Source of the DNA: Clostridia bacterium
Lineage (GTDB): Bacteria > Bacillota > Clostridia > UMGS1883 > UMGS1540
Assembly: GCA_017620205.1 (NCBI GenBank)
Contig: JAFZQX010000037.1
Span: 31,681-95,680, forward strand
Reading direction: 5' to 3'
DNA: 64,000 nucleotides
In this document: piece by piece, positions 15,759 through 26,506 of the stretch
Numbering within the stretch: the stretch's first letter is position 1
Layout of the letters: each line of letters begins with the position of its first letter
Program-made: the position numbers and the translations under genes
The notes under the pieces: model-generated
What the model was told of the DNA's origin: nothing
What the model saw: the letters and a program-made list of their open reading frames with translations, nothing else
Database searches by the model: none

Positions 15759-16370
15759 TCAGTTTCCGTCCGCGCCGGGCATTTGTGTAATGCTGCCCGA
15801 GCCCAGCTCTTCGGGACTGTGCGATACGCTTGCGGAGCTTTCTACCTGCTGTGATGATGAGGAGGAAGACTGCGCTGCCGACTGTGTCGTCGTTACTTCC
15901 TGCTGCGCATGCTGTGTTTGAGTTTCCTGAGTTGATGAAGGCTTGGATGTTTCCTGCGCGGGCGAGGGTGTTTTGCTCGGCTTTTCGTCGGAAGCGTCGG
16001 ATGTGTGCGAATCGCTCTGGCTTTCATAGCTTTCGTCATCGTCATCATCGTCGTCTTTGGGCTTTTTGGTTTCTGCGGGCTTCGCTTCGCTCTTGTCGCG
16101 TTTTTCAAGCACCTCTATTTTTGCTTCAAGGTCTTCTACACGTTTTTCATAATCCTTGCACTGGTCGATAAGCTCTTCGCGCGTCATGGTAGAATAGTCT
16201 TTTTCGGTATTCTGATCCTTCTTTGCACGGTCCGCAAAATGACCTGCTATTTTAAACGAAATGATAAATAATAATACAAGACCTAATATTATACCAAACT
16301 TCTTCCAAGCGTCTTTTTTCTTTTTATTTCTTCTTCTGGATGTTGATATGGTACGTCTTCTCTGTTCCAT
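15759..16370 (-). CDS. Single-pass membrane protein with a coiled-coil and an acidic/Ser-Thr-Gln-rich disordered tail, function unknown
   Basis: It has a basic N-terminus, the TM helix FGIILGLVLLFIISF, the heptad-like segment EELIDQCKDYEKRVEDLEAKIEVLEK, then a D7 run and S/T/Q-rich low complexity. Confidence 0.6.
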   Translation of the reverse strand: MEQRRRTISTSRRRNKKKKDAWKKFGIILGLVLLFIISFKIAGHFADRAKKDQNTEKDYSTMTREELIDQCKDYEKRVEDLEAKIEVLEKRDKSEAKPAETKKPKDDDDDDDESYESQSDSHTSDASDEKPSKTPSPAQETSKPSSTQETQTQHAQQEVTTTQSAAQSSSSSSQQVESSASVSHSPEELGSGSITQMPGADGN

Positions 16371-16400
16371 AGTATCTCTGTCCTTTCCTAAACAATTTCA

Positions 16401-19400
16401 CTAATTATATACTATTATATCACCAATGTCAAATAAGTAAATGAATTTTTCGGAAATTTTTGAAAAATACTTCTTGTGAAGAACGTCTGCATATGCGTCA
16501 ATCTGCGTTTTGTAGCGGTTTTTAATTTCTTCTTTGTCGCGCACTTTATCCGTTTTAAAATCGATAAGAACAATGTTGTCTCCTTCGAAGAAGTAGCAGT
16601 CAATAATGCCTTGAAGCAATATGCTCTCGCCGGCGTCATCGGGATTTTTAGTGAGAACAGACGCGCTGCAAAGTGATGTGAAAGCTTCTTCTCTGTAAAC
16701 TTTATCGGCGTTTTTAAGCCTTTGTCCCAAAGGGGACTCAAAAAACGCAAGTATTTTTTGGGCGGGTATATATTTTGCGGCTTCCTCCGTTATTATACCG
16801 TCCGCTTTAAGGCCTTCAATATGGTTTTTTACATCGTCTTCGGAATTTACGTTTAAAGGTATGGTCTGCATAACAAAGTGAATAAGCGTTCCGATTTCCG
16901 CCGCCGACATTTTGCCTTCTTTTTGCAGAAATACGGGCGTTTTAGGCTCGGGTGAACGGAACAGTTCAAGCGAGTCATCCTCTGCGATATTTGAAATGCG
17001 CTTAAGCTCTGTAACCGTAACTTTTGAAGGCAGGGTAAGGAGCCTTTCATATCCGTACTTGAATTCTGCGGGTTCAACTGTCAGGCCTTTGTTTCCCGGC
17101 CCATCTTCCGCTTTGCAAAGCTCGGGAAGAGTTGAAATATTATATGTTTTTATTACTGCCTTTGAAGAGAGTCCGCTTTCGTCGAGAGGATTAAGGCAGG
17201 AGAGTATGCACTGCAAATATGTTACCGGCTCAAACTCGTTTATTGAGATAAGCGCCGCGCCTTCTTTTGCGGCGTTGAGCGTCGCTCCCAGACTTGAGAC
17301 CGCGCCTGTTATGATAAGCCGTTCTTTTGCGCGCGTTAATGCAACATATAAAACTCGTATCTCTTCCGACGCCTCGTCTTCTCTGCACATGATTTTAACG
17401 GCGCGCCGTATGGGTGTTTCGTATTTTGTTCTAAACTTTAAATCGGTTGCATAAAGCCCCAAACCGAGTTTTTTATGAAGCGGCAGGCCTTTGGAATTAA
17501 CAGAAAGCCTATGTCCCGCGCCCGCCAGAAATACAATGGGAAACTCAAGACCTTTGCTTTTGTGTATCGTCATAATGCGGACAATACTGTTTGAAGATGT
17601 TATCGCGTGAGCTTCACCGCTGTCACTGCCGCGGCTTTTGAGGTTGCGCATATAGTTTAAAAAGCTGTACAAACCCTTAAACGACGACTTTTCATACATT
17701 CTCGCCTTTTCTACCATAAGGCGCAGGTTGGCCGTCTTTTCGTCGGCGTTTATGCCGCCTGATACAATATCAATATAACCGCTGTCGGTTAAGAGAAAAT
17801 CTATAAGTTCGCTGCACGCGAAACGTGAAACGGCTTCGCGCCATGTCTGAAGCTTTTTCAAAAAGCTTTTGCATTTAAGGCTTAAATCGCCTTCGCCTTC
17901 CGCGCACTTGCATACGGCAAAAAAGTATTCGCTGTATCTGTCATACGTACGTATTTCGGCGAGTTCGTTTTCAAAAAAAGAGAACATGGGCGAGCGCATA
18001 ACTGCAATAAGCGGAATGTCATTTATTGGGTTATCAACTATTTCCAAAAGCGACATTAAAAGCTTTATCTCAACCGTTTCAAAATAGCTTTCCCCGGCTT
18101 CGCTGTAAGCCGGAATACCTGCGTCAAGCAGAGCACGCAGCATGGTCGGCTGACCGTTATTACTGCGCAGGAGAATAGCAATATCGGAATAGTTTATTTT
18201 TCTGAATTCTCCTATGGAATTATCGAAAATCTGCTCGTTTTCTATAAGCTCTTTTATTCTTGACGCGATAACACGCGCTTCGGCTTCGATATCCGAGGGA
18301 TCTTCCTCGCCGGTGTCCTGATTTTCCTCGGTTTTTGTTGTTTCAATTATGTGTAATTCCGCTTCGGGCGTGAGATCTTTGGGGTATGAGGCCGCAAAAC
18401 ACAGCGCTTCACTTTCGTCATATTCCGTGCCGCCCGTTTTCTTGGTCATTATATTCTCAAAAATAAAGTTTACAAAATCTATAACGCCTTTGCAGCTTCT
18501 GAAATTTTTGGAAAGAATTATTTTTCTTTGCTTTTCCGATTCTCCCTCACGGAAAAGCTCTTTTTTTGAGGCAATCAAAGCGGGATTTGCCTGACGGAAC
18601 CCGTAAATACCCTGTTTCATGTCGCCTACCGTAAAAGTATTCGGCCTTCCGCTTCTGGCTCCGCCTATAAGACTGAAAATATACTCCTGGGTTTCATTGC
18701 TGTCCTGGTATTCGTCAACATAAATCTCGTCAAACATACCTTGCTGAATATCCGCAATCTCGGAAGGGTTTCCGTTTTCGTCTTCGAGGAGCGAAATGCA
18801 GATATGCTCCATATCTCCGAAATCTATAACGCCGCGTTCACGCTTTAAAGCTGTGTATTCTTCGGTAAAGCACCGTACTGCATACGCAAGACCTTTTGCC
18901 GTTTTATATGCGGTTTTAATATCCTCCGTGCATTCTTCACTTGCTTTTTCAAACGCTGAGAGAACGGCGTTGACCGAATCTTTCACGGATTTTCTAACTT
19001 TGCTTATATAGTCTTTTGCACTTCCGGAGTATTCGGAAAAAGAGAACCTGCTTACAAATATCTGTTCCGAAAGGGCGGCGCGGAGAGTATCCCTGCCTGC
19101 GTTATCGGCCGTTAAAGCGAGAATATTATTTATTTCGGTTCTTAGATTTTGCGCTTCAGCGTCGGTTTCGTTCATGTTGAAAATGGAGATAACCGAGGCA
19201 AGTTTTTGGGCGTCGCGCTTTAAGCGGCGGTGCGCATTCTCAAGAAGAATTCTTTCGCATTCGGAATTATCATATTCCTCCGCAGTATTTATATCGTATT
19301 TCAAAACGGATTCGTCAAGCCATTTTTCGGGGTGCGGCATACTTTGCGCATATTTATATACCTGCAGCATCGCGTCAAGCGCAGCCTTGTCGCTTCGCGG

Positions 19401-19898
19401 AGTTGACAGGCTGTCCGCAAAATAAAGAAAATCTTCATTACCTTCGTCATAAAGCTTTTCAAATACGGAGTCTGCCGCTTCAAGCTGCATAAGCTCCGCT
19501 TCGCTTTTGTCCGCAACGCGGAAAGAGGGCGGAAGCTCCGCTTCAAAAAAGTTTTCGCGGATAACGCCCATACAGTAAGAATGTATGGTAGATATTTTCG
19601 CGCAGGGCAAAAGGGCGAGCTGGCGGCGCAGATGCGCGCTGTTTGTTCCTTTCGGGTTTTTCTGAAGCTCGTCAGTTATAACTTTTGCTATTCTGCCTCG
19701 TATCTCTGCTGCCGCGGCTTCGGTAAAAGTTACTATAAGAAGGCGTGTTATATCCTGCCTGTCAAGTATGCGCCGGAGGATTCTTCCCGTTAAAACCTGC
19801 GTTTTGCCTGAGCCTGCGGCGGCTGTTATCAAAATATCGGCAACGGGCGCTTCAACTGCAGCTTTTTGCTGCTCGGTCCATTTAATTGCCATTTTCAC
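16401..19898 (-). CDS. addA: ATP-dependent helicase/nuclease AddA
   Basis: It has the UvrD-like Walker A AAAGSGKTQVL, helicase motifs, and the C-terminal RecB-type nuclease motif GIIDCYF...LIDFKTD. It lies immediately downstream of addB with overlap. Confidence 0.9.
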   Translation of the reverse strand: MKMAIKWTEQQKAAVEAPVADILITAAAGSGKTQVLTGRILRRILDRQDITRLLIVTFTEAAAAEIRGRIAKVITDELQKNPKGTNSAHLRRQLALLPCAKISTIHSYCMGVIRENFFEAELPPSFRVADKSEAELMQLEAADSVFEKLYDEGNEDFLYFADSLSTPRSDKAALDAMLQVYKYAQSMPHPEKWLDESVLKYDINTAEEYDNSECERILLENAHRRLKRDAQKLASVISIFNMNETDAEAQNLRTEINNILALTADNAGRDTLRAALSEQIFVSRFSFSEYSGSAKDYISKVRKSVKDSVNAVLSAFEKASEECTEDIKTAYKTAKGLAYAVRCFTEEYTALKRERGVIDFGDMEHICISLLEDENGNPSEIADIQQGMFDEIYVDEYQDSNETQEYIFSLIGGARSGRPNTFTVGDMKQGIYGFRQANPALIASKKELFREGESEKQRKIILSKNFRSCKGVIDFVNFIFENIMTKKTGGTEYDESEALCFAASYPKDLTPEAELHIIETTKTEENQDTGEEDPSDIEAEARVIASRIKELIENEQIFDNSIGEFRKINYSDIAILLRSNNGQPTMLRALLDAGIPAYSEAGESYFETVEIKLLMSLLEIVDNPINDIPLIAVMRSPMFSFFENELAEIRTYDRYSEYFFAVCKCAEGEGDLSLKCKSFLKKLQTWREAVSRFACSELIDFLLTDSGYIDIVSGGINADEKTANLRLMVEKARMYEKSSFKGLYSFLNYMRNLKSRGSDSGEAHAITSSNSIVRIMTIHKSKGLEFPIVFLAGAGHRLSVNSKGLPLHKKLGLGLYATDLKFRTKYETPIRRAVKIMCREDEASEEIRVLYVALTRAKERLIITGAVSSLGATLNAAKEGAALISINEFEPVTYLQCILSCLNPLDESGLSSKAVIKTYNISTLPELCKAEDGPGNKGLTVEPAEFKYGYERLLTLPSKVTVTELKRISNIAEDDSLELFRSPEPKTPVFLQKEGKMSAAEIGTLIHFVMQTIPLNVNSEDDVKNHIEGLKADGIITEEAAKYIPAQKILAFFESPLGQRLKNADKVYREEAFTSLCSASVLTKNPDDAGESILLQGIIDCYFFEGDNIVLIDFKTDKVRDKEEIKNRYKTQIDAYADVLHKKYFSKISEKFIYLFDIGDIIVYN

Positions 19899-22800
19899 GC
19901 GCCATCTCCTTCCATATTTCTTCTTTTTCGAGTTTTTCCATTACTCTGCAGCCGTTTTTGTCAAAACGGCAGACGGTCGTGTACGCGCAGTAGTCGCACT
20001 TGCCTTTGTAAGGCATTATGTCCGTTTTGCCGGAGTATATCTCTTCTGTCAAAGAAGCTACGGTTTTTTTGATGTGCTCAAACAGATTTTTGAAATTCTT
20101 GGCGCTCGCAACCTTTGAATAAGCATCAAAGTTTCCGTCTTTTTTGATTTTTACGGGCAGATATTCAAATTTCCCCGAAAGGTCCATGTTTGAAACAACA
20201 TCTAAATCATCCACAAGCAGACCGGAAATGCTGAGGTTTTTAATCTTCTGCTTATTTATTGCATCTTCATCAAGTTTATTTCCCTCAACGGGAGAGTCGT
20301 CAAGTTTAAAATACAGCATTCCTGCGGGTTTGGCATTTTCGTCGTTTTCGCAGTAGGCCTGGAGATACACGCCGAGCTGAAGAGATATGCCGTAAAAAAC
20401 TTCAAGAAGGTTAAACGATTTGTTTCCCGATTTGTAATCGGTAATTCTTACAAACTTGTCTTTTCCATCAGAATACGTATCAACTCTGTCTATTTTACCC
20501 GTGAGCGACACCGTTTTCCCGTCCGAAAGCGGTATTTTAAGAGGCTTTATTTTCCCGTTTGCGCCAAAGGTTACTTCATATTCCGAAGGAATGAAGAGTC
20601 CGCACTTGATCTGGTTCGAAATAAAGCGGACAGACGATTTAAGACAGTTTTTAAGCCGCACAAAAAGGTGTGCTGTGCGCGATGACGCGCCCAAAATATA
20701 TTTGTTGAGTCTGGGGTTTATTATATCCATAATTATATCGGCTTCCGAGTCTATATAATTATCCTCTATATTTTTCCAACTCATTCCGTTTTCGGAGAGA
20801 CGGCGCGAGAAAATTTCAAGAAAACTGTGCATAAAGCTGCCTGCGTCCATAGGTGAAAGCTCCGCGATTCTCCTTTCTTTTGCACCGAGCGTGTACTGCA
20901 TAAAATAAGAGAAGGGACAGGCGGCGTATCTTTCAAGACGCGATACGCTTGTTATGAGATTTTCGCCTAAAATTGTCTGCATTATGCCGCTGTCTATTTC
21001 AGCAGTTACGTTTTCCGTAAGCGACTGCCGCGGCGCGGACATGGCGCGAAGCCTTAGTACATCGTAGGGGAGAATACCCGTGTTTTTATCCCTGTCGAGT
21101 ATTTCGTCCTCGTGCAAAATTTTTGGAAAAAGCTCTTTTACTCTGTTTATGAATATAGAGGGGCGCTTTGCGCGACCTTCAAAATCGCTGCCCGAAAAGC
21201 TTAAAAAGAGCCGCTTTGCGGGAGATGCCAGCGCTTCGGAGAGGAGGTTGTCGCCTTCAAGGCTTTGCGTTATTGCATCGGGCGCTAAAGTAAGACCGCC
21301 TTCCGCCAGTATAGTTCTGTCACCGTCCGTTAAAAAGCCGCCGCTTACCGGCGCTATGGGGAAGGATCCGTCATTCGCGCCTAAAATAAAGAGAACCTTT
21401 GTGTCGCGTCCGGGAAGTCTTGCAATATTCCCGAAGCGCACTCCGTCAGCCAGAACGGGAATAAGGCCAATTTCAAATTCCTCAAATCCCACGGAGAGTA
21501 TTTCGTAAAAATGTTTTGCGCTGAGAACGCTTTCACCGAGCGCGCCGCACGCTTCATCGAGCGCTTCCGTATATTTATTGTAAACAGCGCGGTACTCTGC
21601 GGCGGCATATTTGTCACCCGCTTTGTCTAAACGTTCAGCGGCGTCGAAAGCTTTTTGGCACAAACCGTTTTTTTCGGTAAACGCGAACAGCGCTTTGCAT
21701 TTTTCCTCAACCGTTTTGCCCGCTTTGAGGTTTTTGTCAAGCTCCAACAAAGGCTTTGTAAGTTCAAAACGTATTTCGTTTATTTGTTGCAGCTCCTGCT
21801 TTTCTCTTTCGGAAAGCCCGTCACTGTCGGAATAAAAGTCGCATCGTATTTCCCAAGGCGCGTCGCTTTTTAATGCGTCCGGGCGTATTCCTGCGGCTAA
21901 AATATAGTTTTCGAGAATATCTGTTTTCTCAAAGGACACCCCTGAAAATTCGGATTTTGCGTATCTTAAAAAAGCGTCTTTGGAGAAATCTTTAGCGACT
22001 GTTTCAAGCGCCGAAAGCACAAATGCGATAACGGGGTGTGATAATACTTTAACCTTGCTGTCAGGGAAAAACGGTATTCCGTATTTCGGAAAAACTATTT
22101 TGGCGTAACTTAAATATGTGTCCGTGTCACCGCACAGAAGGGCTATATCACGGAACTTGTATTTTTTTTCACAGCAAAGTCTGCGTATTTCCGCTGCCGC
22201 GCGCATAACTTCCGTGCGCGGGTTCTGCGCTTCGAATATCGATATATCCTGAGGCGCTTTCTCATAGGGTTTGCTGTCATATTTAAAATAATTGTCGCAC
22301 AAAAAAGAAAGTTCACCGCTTTTTTCGCGTTCATAAGAAGCCGTAACCGGCGGTTCAACCGCAACGGCAAGCTCTTTTGCCATATTAAGAAGCGTTTGCC
22401 GCGTTTTAACAAGCGGCATATACTGCGTCTCATCCGAGGCGTTTTCAGGCATTGAAAGCGCAACGCTGACCCTGTCCGCATGCTGTAAGAAAAGTTTGAT
22501 GCACATAAGCTCGGAAGGGGTGAATCTTGAAAAATCAGTAATGTATATTTCGGAGTCTTTGAGAAATTCTCCGTTTTGAAGCTCCGCCGCCGCGCGTGAG
22601 AGATTGTCGTCACCGTCAATAAACTTGCCGGAAAGGTGTTCTTCATATTTTTTATATACAAGCGCAAGGTCGGAAAGCTTAGCACTTATGCGTGGGCTTA
22701 CGGCTTTATCTGCCGTTTCTTTTAAAAACTCCCAAGACACGCCGTATCTTTTAAACTCGGCTAAAAGTCTTTGGATTTCCGAAGCTTTATTAATCTCTTT

Positions 22801-23118
22801 ACCGCTTAAAAGCTTTAAATCCTTTTGATTTGAATAAAGAATTTTATAAACAAGCATCGTTTTGCCGCCCTTGTCTATATGACGCAGGGAGATGCCGGTT
22901 TTTGTTTTTAAAAGCTCGCGCGAGAGCTGACCGAAGCTTTTCACATCTGCGCCGTCAGCGCCGAAAACGCCGATAATTCCCGCAAGACGTCTCTCTGCGG
23001 TATGAGAATACTGTTCCGGCACCAAAATACGCGCTCTTTTGCCGCTTTTTGCGGCGTCTCTCATGCAGTATTCGGTTTTGCCGCTGCCCGGCTTGCCGTA
23101 AATAAAACGCAGGGACAT
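19882..23118 (-). CDS. addB: ATP-dependent helicase/deoxyribonuclease AddB
   Basis: I chose the start MSLRFIYGKPGSGKT (ATG 23118, RBS aggggg). The C-terminal Fe-S cysteines are CPFSYF ... CDYCAYTTVC. It pairs with addA. Confidence 0.88.
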   Translation of the reverse strand: MSLRFIYGKPGSGKTEYCMRDAAKSGKRARILVPEQYSHTAERRLAGIIGVFGADGADVKSFGQLSRELLKTKTGISLRHIDKGGKTMLVYKILYSNQKDLKLLSGKEINKASEIQRLLAEFKRYGVSWEFLKETADKAVSPRISAKLSDLALVYKKYEEHLSGKFIDGDDNLSRAAAELQNGEFLKDSEIYITDFSRFTPSELMCIKLFLQHADRVSVALSMPENASDETQYMPLVKTRQTLLNMAKELAVAVEPPVTASYEREKSGELSFLCDNYFKYDSKPYEKAPQDISIFEAQNPRTEVMRAAAEIRRLCCEKKYKFRDIALLCGDTDTYLSYAKIVFPKYGIPFFPDSKVKVLSHPVIAFVLSALETVAKDFSKDAFLRYAKSEFSGVSFEKTDILENYILAAGIRPDALKSDAPWEIRCDFYSDSDGLSEREKQELQQINEIRFELTKPLLELDKNLKAGKTVEEKCKALFAFTEKNGLCQKAFDAAERLDKAGDKYAAAEYRAVYNKYTEALDEACGALGESVLSAKHFYEILSVGFEEFEIGLIPVLADGVRFGNIARLPGRDTKVLFILGANDGSFPIAPVSGGFLTDGDRTILAEGGLTLAPDAITQSLEGDNLLSEALASPAKRLFLSFSGSDFEGRAKRPSIFINRVKELFPKILHEDEILDRDKNTGILPYDVLRLRAMSAPRQSLTENVTAEIDSGIMQTILGENLITSVSRLERYAACPFSYFMQYTLGAKERRIAELSPMDAGSFMHSFLEIFSRRLSENGMSWKNIEDNYIDSEADIIMDIINPRLNKYILGASSRTAHLFVRLKNCLKSSVRFISNQIKCGLFIPSEYEVTFGANGKIKPLKIPLSDGKTVSLTGKIDRVDTYSDGKDKFVRITDYKSGNKSFNLLEVFYGISLQLGVYLQAYCENDENAKPAGMLYFKLDDSPVEGNKLDEDAINKQKIKNLSISGLLVDDLDVVSNMDLSGKFEYLPVKIKKDGNFDAYSKVASAKNFKNLFEHIKKTVASLTEEIYSGKTDIMPYKGKCDYCAYTTVCRFDKNGCRVMEKLEKEEIWKEMARENGN

Positions 23119-23279
23119 AAAAAAACCCCCTAAAAATGTATATATATAAAGTATAGCATGAATATTAAAAGCCGTCAACAATCACTGCAGACACCAAAGT
23201 AATATAAAATAAAGAAAAAACCTTGACTTTTTCGCGAAAAAAATGTATATTATATAGGAGACAAAAATAGGAGGTCCGG

Positions 23280-23789
23280 ATGATGAAGAAAAAGAATAAG
23301 ATGAACAGTGAAAAAGCGTACAAAAAGGCACAGGAGAAAAGCGAAAAGGCAAAGATAGCAAAAGAAGTTAAAACAGAGAAAGAACATATCGATAATATGG
23401 TGGTTCTTACTTTTGCGGTTGCGCTGGTTGGTGCTTTTGCTCTCATGTATTTGAAAACATTCCATGTAAATTTCCCGGTTAAAACCATTAAGTTCCTTGA
23501 TGTTTTTTCGGTGATTTTCAGCATTGGCATAGTAGCATGTGTGGTTTTGTATTTTGTTGGCAAAAAGAATAAAAACTTCTTGCTGGCAATTCCTTATTTA
23601 GCTGTAACGGCGCTTGTAATGACGTTTATTGGGCACTACAGTGTGGTTTTACAGAAGCTTCATTTGGAAAGATTCAACAACACTAACGCGGCTTATATTA
23701 TAGTTTATATCGGTCTTGCGGTATATCTTGTTGCAAGCCTTATCTATTTCGGAATCAAGTCCCACAAGCTTAACAAAATGCTTAAATAA
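23280..23789 (+). CDS. Membrane protein with a Lys-rich N-terminus, function unknown
   Basis: The RBS aggagg sits 6 nt upstream of the ATG, and there are four predicted TM helices. I recognised no family. Confidence 0.55.
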   Translation: MMKKKNKMNSEKAYKKAQEKSEKAKIAKEVKTEKEHIDNMVVLTFAVALVGAFALMYLKTFHVNFPVKTIKFLDVFSVIFSIGIVACVVLYFVGKKNKNFLLAIPYLAVTALVMTFIGHYSVVLQKLHLERFNNTNAAYIIVYIGLAVYLVASLIYFGIKSHKLNKMLK

Positions 23790-23900
23790 TTATCTAAAAG
23801 AAGACATAGACTGTGGCGGAGCTGTCACGGTCTTTTTTCTTTTCTGTATATATTTTATCACAACAGGTGTACAGAAAAACGGACACCTTAACAAAACAGA

Positions 23901-23945
23901 AAAGGGCTGCGGCAAAATGGAATCATTTTGCCGCAGCCCTTTTTC
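23901..23945. terminator. Bidirectional intrinsic terminator
   Basis: A 19-bp perfect stem, aaagggctgcggcaaaatg-gaat-cattttgccgcagcccttt, has T/A runs on both sides. Confidence 0.8.
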
Positions 23946-25422
23946 AAAGGATTATACAAATAAGTCCGCCGCTGCCTTCGTTTATTATCTTTTCCAGTGT
24001 GTCGCGCAGCTTGTTCTGCGCGTCTTTCGGCATAAGCGAGAGCTTGTTGTGAAGCCCTTCGTTTACAAGTTCGTGGAGCGATTTTCCGAAAAGATTTGAC
24101 TCCCATATTTTTTTCGGATCAACTTCAAATTCGGAGAGCAGATAATGTATAAGCTCCTCAGACTGCTTTTCCGTGCCGACTATGGGGCTTACCTCGGTTT
24201 CTATATCTGCGCGTATCATATGTATTGACGGTGCGGAAGCGCGCAGCCTTACGCCGTATTTTCCGCCCTGCTTAACTATTTCCGGCTCTTCAAGGCGCAG
24301 TTCGTCTATAGAAGGCGAAACGATACCGTATCCCGTTTCCGTTACCTCGTGCAAAGCGTATTCGAGTTTGTCATAGTTTTTCTTTGCTGTGGAAAGCTCT
24401 TTCATAAGGCTCATTAGGTTTCCTTCGTCCGAAATGTCAAACCCGGTTTCATCGCTTAAAACCTTGTAGAAAAGACCGGCGGGCGCGGTGATGCTCATTT
24501 TTACCGTGCCGTTTCCGAGATTTATAGAGTCTGTTGCGGCGCGCTGTGCATACTCAAATCCGCCGATGGAGCCTGCAAAATCCGAAATGTCTTTTATTTT
24601 ATTTACGCTGCCGAGACTGTCGCGGATTTTCTCATAAAGACCTTTTTTGATACAGTTTTCATCGTCAAGCGCGGTAACCCATTTGGGAATATCAATTGAT
24701 ATTTCCGAAACGGGAAATTCAAACAAAACGCTTTCAATTATTGCGTTTATGTCATTGGCGCCGAGATTTGCGCAGTCTACGCTCATAACGCTCACGCCGT
24801 ATTTAGCCTGAAGCTCTTCTTTAAGCGCCGAACACTTTTCACCGTAAGGATTTGTGCTGTTTAATAAAACTATAAACGGCTTGTTTATCTCGCGGAGCTC
24901 TCGTATAACGCGCTCTTCCGCTTCGATATATCCTTCTCTTTCTATGTCGGTAACGGTGCCGTCGGTAGTTATTACAAGACCTATTGTTGAGTGCTCGCGT
25001 ATTACTTTTTGCGTGCCTATCTCCGCAGCTTTCGGGAAAGGCATTTCCGCTACAGACCAAGGGGTTTGAACCATTCTTACCTGACCGTCTTCCGTGTCGC
25101 CCATAGCGCCGTCAACTATGTAGCCGACGCAGTCTATCATGCGAACGTTCATTTTCGCGTTGTCCGCAAGGCTTATTTCAACAGCTTCGTTTGGGATAAA
25201 CTTGGGCTCCGTTGTCATAATCGTTCTTCCCGCCGCACTTTGCGGCAGCTCATCCTGCGCGCGAAGGCGCGAGTGTTCCTGTGTGATGTTGGGCAGAACA
25301 AGGAGCTCCATGAATTTTTTGATAAACGTTGATTTCCCTGTTCTGACCGGCCCTACAACGCCTATATAAATATCCCCGCCGCACCTTTCACCGATATCGT
25401 TGTATATGTTATACTCTTCCAA
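23944..25422 (-). CDS. spoIVA: Stage IV sporulation protein A (spore coat morphogenetic ATPase)
   Basis: It contains GVVGPVRTGKSTFIKKFME (Walker A). The TTG start at 25422 lies 6 nt after AGGAGG and gives 492 aa starting MEEYNIYNDIGERCGGDIY, the same length I recall for B. subtilis SpoIVA. I rejected the track's upstream ATG extension. Confidence 0.9.
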   Translation of the reverse strand: MEEYNIYNDIGERCGGDIYIGVVGPVRTGKSTFIKKFMELLVLPNITQEHSRLRAQDELPQSAAGRTIMTTEPKFIPNEAVEISLADNAKMNVRMIDCVGYIVDGAMGDTEDGQVRMVQTPWSVAEMPFPKAAEIGTQKVIREHSTIGLVITTDGTVTDIEREGYIEAEERVIRELREINKPFIVLLNSTNPYGEKCSALKEELQAKYGVSVMSVDCANLGANDINAIIESVLFEFPVSEISIDIPKWVTALDDENCIKKGLYEKIRDSLGSVNKIKDISDFAGSIGGFEYAQRAATDSINLGNGTVKMSITAPAGLFYKVLSDETGFDISDEGNLMSLMKELSTAKKNYDKLEYALHEVTETGYGIVSPSIDELRLEEPEIVKQGGKYGVRLRASAPSIHMIRADIETEVSPIVGTEKQSEELIHYLLSEFEVDPKKIWESNLFGKSLHELVNEGLHNKLSLMPKDAQNKLRDTLEKIINEGSGGLICIIL

Positions 25423-25464
25423 AATAACTCCTCCTAATAAAAATTGTACAAGTGTTATCATTAC

Positions 25465-25493
25465 ATTTATATGAGGATTATGAAACAATATGC
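25465..25493 (-). promoter_or_regulatory. Candidate sigma-E-type promoter for spoIVA
   Basis: The minus strand reads GCATATT, a 13-nt spacer, then CATATAAAT. This resembles the sigma-E consensus (kmATATT ... CATAcAnT) as I recall it. Confidence 0.35.
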
Positions 25494-25651
25494 AAAGAAT
25501 TGCCCTTGTAATGAAATTTTAATATTTTTTTTCACAAACCCCCTTACATTTATGCAGGTTATGGTGTATAATTAAAATAGTATATCTATATACTTGTGTT
25601 TTGCCTTCCCGCAGGCAAAATGCAAACGTTTATTCTGCGGGAAGAAAGGTT

Positions 25652-26506
25652 ATGGAGCTTGTGGGTTTTTGGAACGGTATAGTGGATACGGTAAGCAGCT
25701 TTTTGAGGATAGTTCGCCCTGCCGATATTATAGACATTCTCATAGTTGCATATCTTCTTTACAAAGCAGCCGGAATAGTCCGCGAAACGCGCGCACAGCA
25801 GCTCGTAAAAGGTCTTTTTATCCTCGTTGTTGTGATGCAGCTGAGCCACTGGCTGAATTTAAATACCATAAGCTATATCCTGCGCAACACCATGCAGGTT
25901 GGCGTAGTTGCGCTATTGGTTGTGTTCCAGCCTGAGCTTCGCCGCGCCCTTGAAAAGGTGGGCAGAAGAAGTAATATTTCAAATTTCTTCGTGTCTTCTC
26001 AAGACGATGTTATAAATCTTACAAACGAAATAGCCGAAGCTGCGGACTTTATGTCAAAAGAGAAAATAGGCGCGCTGATAGTTTTGGAGCGTGAAACAAG
26101 GCTCGGCGATGTGATAAATTCAGGAACAACTTTAAACGCCGCTTGCTCAGCTCCGCTGCTTATCAATATTTTTATACCGAATACGCCGCTTCATGACGGC
26201 GCCGTAATAGTCAGGGGTACAACGATTGCCGCTGCGGCATGCATATTGCCTCTGACGCATAACGACAGCTTAAGCCGCGAACTCGGAACGCGCCACAGAG
26301 CAGCGCTCGGCGTTACGGAAAACTCTGACTGCGTTGTTGTTGTCGTTAGTGAGGAAACGGGTAAGATTTCCGTGGCAGTTGACGGGAATATGACGAGAAA
26401 TTTAAGCAAAGATAATCTTAAAGATCTTCTCCGCAAACTATTGCTTCATGAATCGGACAAAGACTTAAACGACTGGAGGGATAAGCTTAAATGGATAAAA
26501 AAATAA
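25652..26506 (+). CDS. cdaA: Diadenylate cyclase CdaA
   Basis: It has N-terminal TM helices and a DAC domain with the motifs HDGAVIV and GTRHRAALG. I chose the start MELVGFW (25652). Confidence 0.88.
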   Translation: MELVGFWNGIVDTVSSFLRIVRPADIIDILIVAYLLYKAAGIVRETRAQQLVKGLFILVVVMQLSHWLNLNTISYILRNTMQVGVVALLVVFQPELRRALEKVGRRSNISNFFVSSQDDVINLTNEIAEAADFMSKEKIGALIVLERETRLGDVINSGTTLNAACSAPLLINIFIPNTPLHDGAVIVRGTTIAAAACILPLTHNDSLSRELGTRHRAALGVTENSDCVVVVVSEETGKISVAVDGNMTRNLSKDNLKDLLRKLLLHESDKDLNDWRDKLKWIKK

